From Saprospirales bacterium (GTDB lineage: Bacteria; Bacteroidota; Bacteroidia; Chitinophagales; CAMDFR01): a stretch of 40,102 nt of DNA. The notes under the pieces were generated by a model. That model did no database searches and was not told the DNA's origin. It saw only the letters and a program-made list of their open reading frames with translations. Positions 35,721 through 40,102 of the stretch are shown piece by piece. Location: the NCBI GenBank assembly GCA_947464015.1, contig CANHVE010000003.1, positions 1-40,102 of the forward strand. The letters are read 5' to 3'. Position 1 is the first letter of the stretch, and each line of letters begins with the position of its first letter. The position numbers and the translations under genes are program-made.

Positions 35721-37184
35721 GTGCCAAATTCATCTATTTTTATACTCCTTTTTTCAATGTTTATTGCTTCCATAAGCAATGCACAAACCATCCTTATTTC
35801 TAAAACTATTCCAGTCTCTAATAGAACTAGTAAGTTTAAATTAATAGGTAAAAACACACAAGGATATTGGGTTCGAAATTATGGTAAAAATGAAGAAAGA
35901 GTCGACATTTATGACGACGGACTTAATTTAATTAAATCTAAAACCTTATTAATAAAACGTAATAATTTCACTACAGTTTCTTTCTTTTTAAGCAATTATC
36001 AAGCAACTATCTATTATTCTGAATATAAGAAAAAACAAATGATTGTTTATGCGAATGCAATTAATGATCGATTAGAATCAGGAGCAGAAATTATATTAGA
36101 TACGATACAATATCAAAGTTATGATGATAATGCTAATGTGTCTTTTGCTACAAGCACCAATAAAATGTATCATATGCTTTTTATTCCTACTTACTTGAAT
36201 GGCAACATACAAAAAATTCGAATCATTGGAACCAATGGCTCTAGTTTTGCTTTGTTTAAAAGCACTATAAACATTAGTGAAGAAGGCTTTTCAGCTGTTC
36301 CACAAGATGCAATAGTTGATAATAATGGGAATACCTATCTGCTAATAAAATATTTTCAACAAGAGAATCAAGCCGAATCTTTTATGGTATATCAAGTATC
36401 TAATCGTGGTCAATTGATAAAAAAATTTCCAGTCTATTTTGATAAACAAATTTTTGGCGAACCTTATATTATTTTTGATGAATTACATCATGAGTTTATA
36501 GTCACAGCCTTTACTACTGAAGATAGAAGAGAAGGGGCTACGTATTTTACTACATTTAGATATTCTTTATTCGATTCGTTAAGTTCTTCTACAAATCATT
36601 ACAAAATAGATAAACAAATAATAAGTGATATCTATAAGGGAGATCCTGGTAAAATTGTAGGTCTGTACACTTATGCAATAAAAAAAATCATTTTAACTTT
36701 AGAAAGAGGATTGTATGTGTTTACTGAATCATTCTACAAAGAAAGCAAAGAAGAAATTGCACCAGATTTAATGAGTTTAAGTCCAATGAATACTTTCCAA
36801 CCTTCTTTTAACAATACTCGTAGTATTAACGTATACCATTACAATGATATACTTTGTATGAAATTAAATGATAGTTTAAAGAGCTTTAATTATGAACTCA
36901 TAGATAAATCACAAATAAGCGAGAATGATAATGGAGCCTATTCGTCTTTTGTAATACTCAATTCAGGTGATGCTATTAAATGTTTATATAATGCAGAAGA
37001 TAAATCAATTTTTTCTTTTCTCGAAAACACTATTGATATCACCAATAGTAAACAAGTATTAATAAATGAAGAAAAAAAAGGATTACAACTTATACCTAAG
37101 ATGGCTATTCAAACAGGAATTAACGAATTAATTATTCCTAGTTATAGAAATGATGAATTTAAATTAATAAAGATTAAATATTAA
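35721..37184 (+). CDS. Secreted beta-rich hypothetical protein
   Basis: 487-aa ORF with a GTG start and a signal peptide ending SNA-Q; no motif recognised. Confidence 0.65.
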   Translation: MPNSSIFILLFSMFIASISNAQTILISKTIPVSNRTSKFKLIGKNTQGYWVRNYGKNEERVDIYDDGLNLIKSKTLLIKRNNFTTVSFFLSNYQATIYYSEYKKKQMIVYANAINDRLESGAEIILDTIQYQSYDDNANVSFATSTNKMYHMLFIPTYLNGNIQKIRIIGTNGSSFALFKSTINISEEGFSAVPQDAIVDNNGNTYLLIKYFQQENQAESFMVYQVSNRGQLIKKFPVYFDKQIFGEPYIIFDELHHEFIVTAFTTEDRREGATYFTTFRYSLFDSLSSSTNHYKIDKQIISDIYKGDPGKIVGLYTYAIKKIILTLERGLYVFTESFYKESKEEIAPDLMSLSPMNTFQPSFNNTRSINVYHYNDILCMKLNDSLKSFNYELIDKSQISENDNGAYSSFVILNSGDAIKCLYNAEDKSIFSFLENTIDITNSKQVLINEEKKGLQLIPKMAIQTGINELIIPSYRNDEFKLIKIKY

Positions 37185-37187
37185 ACC

Positions 37188-38174
37188 TTGTTAGAGTTAT
37201 TTAAAAAACAAAATCCGTTTACTCTTTTTTTTGTTATTATCTATGGTTTTGCCATCAGAAGCAGTATTTTTTTTATAGATTTTTCTAAAGCTTATTTTGA
37301 CCCTAAACAACCCTTATCTTTTTTAACAGATAATGCCTGTAAATTAAGCCCTCAAAATGTTTCCTTCCATTATGTGATAAGTACAAGTATTCTGCTGCTC
37401 ATTAGTATATTCATAAATCTATATTTGAAAAACAATAAGATAATTGATAAATTAGGTTATTTACCAACGTTATTATTTATGCTAGTTTCAGCTAGCTATT
37501 CTTCTTTTTTATATATGAGTAATGAGTTTTTTGCATTTATATTTTTTAGCATTTCTATTATTAGATTATTGCAATCATTATTGGTAGATGAAACCGATAT
37601 TAAAGTTTTTGATGCTGCCTTTTTTATATCCATCGCATCCTTGTTTTATAAACCAATACTACCTTGTATTCTAATAGTTTTTATAGCTATTATTATATTG
37701 AAAAACGTACAGATAAAAGCTATTGTTTTTATGCTAATCGGACTATTAATTCCTTATTTTTTGCTTGGAGTTTATATGTTTTTAACAGACCGTTTAAGTC
37801 AATTTGCTTTTCATATCATACCAGAATTGATAAGTCAAATGAATTGGTATAATCATCAAGACTTCCTTCAAATAAGTAAAACCATATTTTTAGGGATATT
37901 ATCTTTATTAGGTTTTGTAAAAATTCAAGCAAGTTTAGCAAAAAGCATTGTAAACATTAGAAAATATTATAGCCTACTCTTAATTATTAGTCTGGTATAT
38001 ATACCGATGTTTCTAATAAACAAACAACTTACTACTACCCATTTTATTTTTTTGTTGCTCCCCATATCTTATTATTTATTAAATTTTCTAAAAGACATGA
38101 AACGAATATGGATTTCAGAGTTAATTCATGTAGCTTTGTTTGTACTTATATATTTTTCAAACATTAATAATTAG
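37188..38174 (+). CDS. Multi-pass membrane protein (DUF6427-like)
   Basis: About 9-10 TM helices; [21 protein letters not shown] and IGLLIPYF; such proteins often lie next to purQ in Bacteroidota. Confidence 0.6.
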   Translation: MLELFKKQNPFTLFFVIIYGFAIRSSIFFIDFSKAYFDPKQPLSFLTDNACKLSPQNVSFHYVISTSILLLISIFINLYLKNNKIIDKLGYLPTLLFMLVSASYSSFLYMSNEFFAFIFFSISIIRLLQSLLVDETDIKVFDAAFFISIASLFYKPILPCILIVFIAIIILKNVQIKAIVFMLIGLLIPYFLLGVYMFLTDRLSQFAFHIIPELISQMNWYNHQDFLQISKTIFLGILSLLGFVKIQASLAKSIVNIRKYYSLLLIISLVYIPMFLINKQLTTTHFIFLLLPISYYLLNFLKDMKRIWISELIHVALFVLIYFSNINN

Positions 38175-38182
38175 CTTTTAAT

Positions 38183-38887
38183 ATGAAATTTGGAGTTGTA
38201 GTTTTTCCTGGTTCGAATTGTGATCGTGATATGATTCATGTACTTAAAAATATTAAGCATCAACAAGTGGAAGAAGTTTGGCATAAAGAAACCCAATTGA
38301 ATCAATTCACCACAGATGATTGTATTATTTTACCAGGAGGATTTTCTTATGGAGATTATTTGAGAACTGGTGCTATAGCCCGCTTTTCACCTATCATGGA
38401 AGCAATTATTGAATTTGCTCATAAAGGAGGCAAAGTTTGGGGGATATGTAATGGTTTTCAAATTTTATGTGAAAGTGGATTATTACCTGGAGCTTTATTG
38501 CGAAACAACAATATGAAGTACACTTGTAAAAACATTTTTTTAAAAGTGAATACTACTAATACAACACTTACACAAGTATGTACAGCAGGAGAAATTCTTA
38601 AAGTTCCTATTGCACATGGCGAAGGAAGATATTATGCAGATGCTGCAACGATTGAAAAATTAAAAAAACAAGATCAAATTTTATTTAACTATTGCGACGA
38701 ACAAGGAGTAGAAACAGTAGATTCAAATCCTAATGGCTCTTTATTAAATATTGCAGGAATTTGTAATGAACAACGAAATGTATTTGGAATGATGCCTCAT
38801 CCCGAAAGAGCAAGCGAATCTATTTTAGGAAATAGTGATGGTTATAAATTATTTGAATCTTTAGTTATGAAAGAACTGGCTCATTAA
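38183..38887 (+). CDS. purQ: Phosphoribosylformylglycinamidine synthase subunit PurQ
   Basis: [33 protein letters not shown] and GMMPHPER. Confidence 0.98.
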   Translation: MKFGVVVFPGSNCDRDMIHVLKNIKHQQVEEVWHKETQLNQFTTDDCIILPGGFSYGDYLRTGAIARFSPIMEAIIEFAHKGGKVWGICNGFQILCESGLLPGALLRNNNMKYTCKNIFLKVNTTNTTLTQVCTAGEILKVPIAHGEGRYYADAATIEKLKKQDQILFNYCDEQGVETVDSNPNGSLLNIAGICNEQRNVFGMMPHPERASESILGNSDGYKLFESLVMKELAH

Positions 38888-38915
38888 TTGCCATGTGCTT
38901 TGCAAAAATACACAT

Positions 38916-39371
38916 ATGAAAAAAGGATATCTACTTATAGTATTTCTATTAGTTACTTATATAACTAGTCAAGCACAAACACTAAAACCAGTGAGCTGGT
39001 CGTTTAGTAGTGAATCATTAGGAAATAATGAATACAATATTTTACTTACAGCTACAATCCAAGAGAATTGGTGGACCTATTCTCAGTATATTAAAGAAGG
39101 TGGACCAATTCCTACTACCATTACTTTTGATGCGAATAAAGATTTTGAAATTAGTGGTACAACCGGTGAAGCTGGTGCACACGTTAAAGAAGGACTCGAA
39201 CCCATGTTTGACATGGTTCTAAAAAAATATGCAGACAAAGTAGTATTTACCCAAAAAATAAAAGTTCTTAATGGCAAACCAGAAATTAGTGGTCATGTAG
39301 AATTTATGTGTTGTGATGACAAACAATGTTTAGCTCCTGAAACAGTACCTTTTAAAATTAGTATTCAATAG
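38916..39371 (+). CDS. Stand-alone DsbD N-terminal (Ig-like) domain protein
   Basis: Signal peptide from MKKGY; PVSW, WWTYSQ, GGPIPT and FMCCDDKQCLAP. Confidence 0.85.
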   Translation: MKKGYLLIVFLLVTYITSQAQTLKPVSWSFSSESLGNNEYNILLTATIQENWWTYSQYIKEGGPIPTTITFDANKDFEISGTTGEAGAHVKEGLEPMFDMVLKKYADKVVFTQKIKVLNGKPEISGHVEFMCCDDKQCLAPETVPFKISIQ

Positions 39372-39381
39372 TTATATATAC

Positions 39382-40102
39382 ATGAGAAAAAGTTTTTTAG
39401 CATTATGCTTATTTTTTATTGCTTACCAAAGTTTTGGTCAAGGCATGAAAAAAGTACACTTAAGCGCTTGTACAAATATTATTAATGAAACAGAGGCAGA
39501 AATCGTTTTAACGGCTCGTTTGGATAAAGGTTGGCATCTATATGCATTTGATGCAGGTGGTGATGGTACTCTTATTTCTCCTGCAATTACGATTGCTGCA
39601 AATAAAGATATTGTATTAGTAGGAAATCCAACAGAGAAAGGAAAACTAGAAACCAAAGATGATGCAGGTATTGGCCCATATCATTTTTATGAAAATAAAA
39701 TTATTTATACGCAAAAAATAAAATACAAAAAACTAACTACCTTAAAAATTACTTTTGATTATCAAACTTGTGATGAAAAAGGATGTTTGCCTCCAGACTA
39801 CGAAGAGTTTACTTTAGATATGAATGTTTCCTGTAATGGCGCTACTGCAATTAAAGATACTACACCCTTAGTGGACTCATCTAATATAGCTGCTGCAACA
39901 ATTGATTCTAATCAGGCAACCATAAGCGCAACTACATCTTATGGAGATTGGGGTACACCTGTGGGTGATTGTGGTGAAGCCGTGCAAGAAGAATTGTCTA
40001 TTTGGACTGCATTATTATATGGTTTATTGGGTGGTTTTGCAGCATTGTTTTTTCCTTGTACGCTACCAATGATTCCAATGACGATTAGCTTTTTCTTAAA
40101 AG
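39382..40102 (+). CDS. dsbD: Thiol:disulfide interchange protein DsbD, 3'-truncated (not in ORF track)
   Basis: Hand-translated MRKSFLALCLFF...GWHLYA...YQTCDEKGCLPP...GLLGGFAALFFPCTLPMIPMTISFFLK; open to the window end. Confidence 0.9.
   Translation, partial: MRKSFLALCLFFIAYQSFGQGMKKVHLSACTNIINETEAEIVLTARLDKGWHLYAFDAGGDGTLISPAITIAANKDIVLVGNPTEKGKLETKDDAGIGPYHFYENKIIYTQKIKYKKLTTLKITFDYQTCDEKGCLPPDYEEFTLDMNVSCNGATAIKDTTPLVDSSNIAAATIDSNQATISATTSYGDWGTPVGDCGEAVQEELSIWTALLYGLLGGFAALFFPCTLPMIPMTISFFLK

Noticed and set aside
186-39656. Many short ORFs nested in or antisense to long genes (e.g. 186-512, 6199-6468, 13233-13562, 31407-31679, 39438-39656)
   Set aside because: They lie within well-supported genes and show no independent coding evidence.
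1-40102. CRISPR array, tRNA/rRNA, IS transposase, prophage genes
   Set aside because: No regularly spaced repeats, cloverleaf-like sequences or transposase/phage motifs were seen; intergenic gaps are short and mostly explained.

Overview
AT-rich Bacteroidota chromosome (gldH, T9SS C-terminal-domain proteins, TAnnTTTG promoter boxes, fused ccoNO). The first ~1.2 kb is the 3' end of a type I restriction subunit gene (hsdR). It is followed by two long imperfect hairpins, the second an attC-like site that appears to mark the right edge of an accessory island. Next is an Rrf2-USP-led cbb3 oxidase operon (ccoI-ccoS-ccoNO-ccoQ-ccoP-ccoG-ccoH-DsbD_2/TauE-like); ccoS and ccoQ are absent from the ORF track. 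The middle holds dnaJ-grpE (with a sigma54-spaced promoter motif), a peptide ABC binding protein, an orphan HlyD, a redoxin, gldH, AGMO-like and SRD5A-like lipid enzymes, tag, two small T9SS substrates, an MBL hydrolase, an ECF sigma/anti-sigma/Spy-like triad, a transketolase C-subunit, a CNNM/CBS protein and lptC. At 26.8-29.9 kb are two 341-aa paralogous lipoproteins, each with a copy of the same promoter/operator block, the downstream one coupled to an outer-membrane beta-barrel gene. This module is the best candidate for an undescribed system. The window ends with a TIGR01777 epimerase, an opp-like SBP-permease-permease set, two hypotheticals, purQ and two DsbD-type genes (the last truncated). 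No rRNA, tRNA, CRISPR array or transposase was seen. All family calls are motif recognition by eye; no database searches were run.
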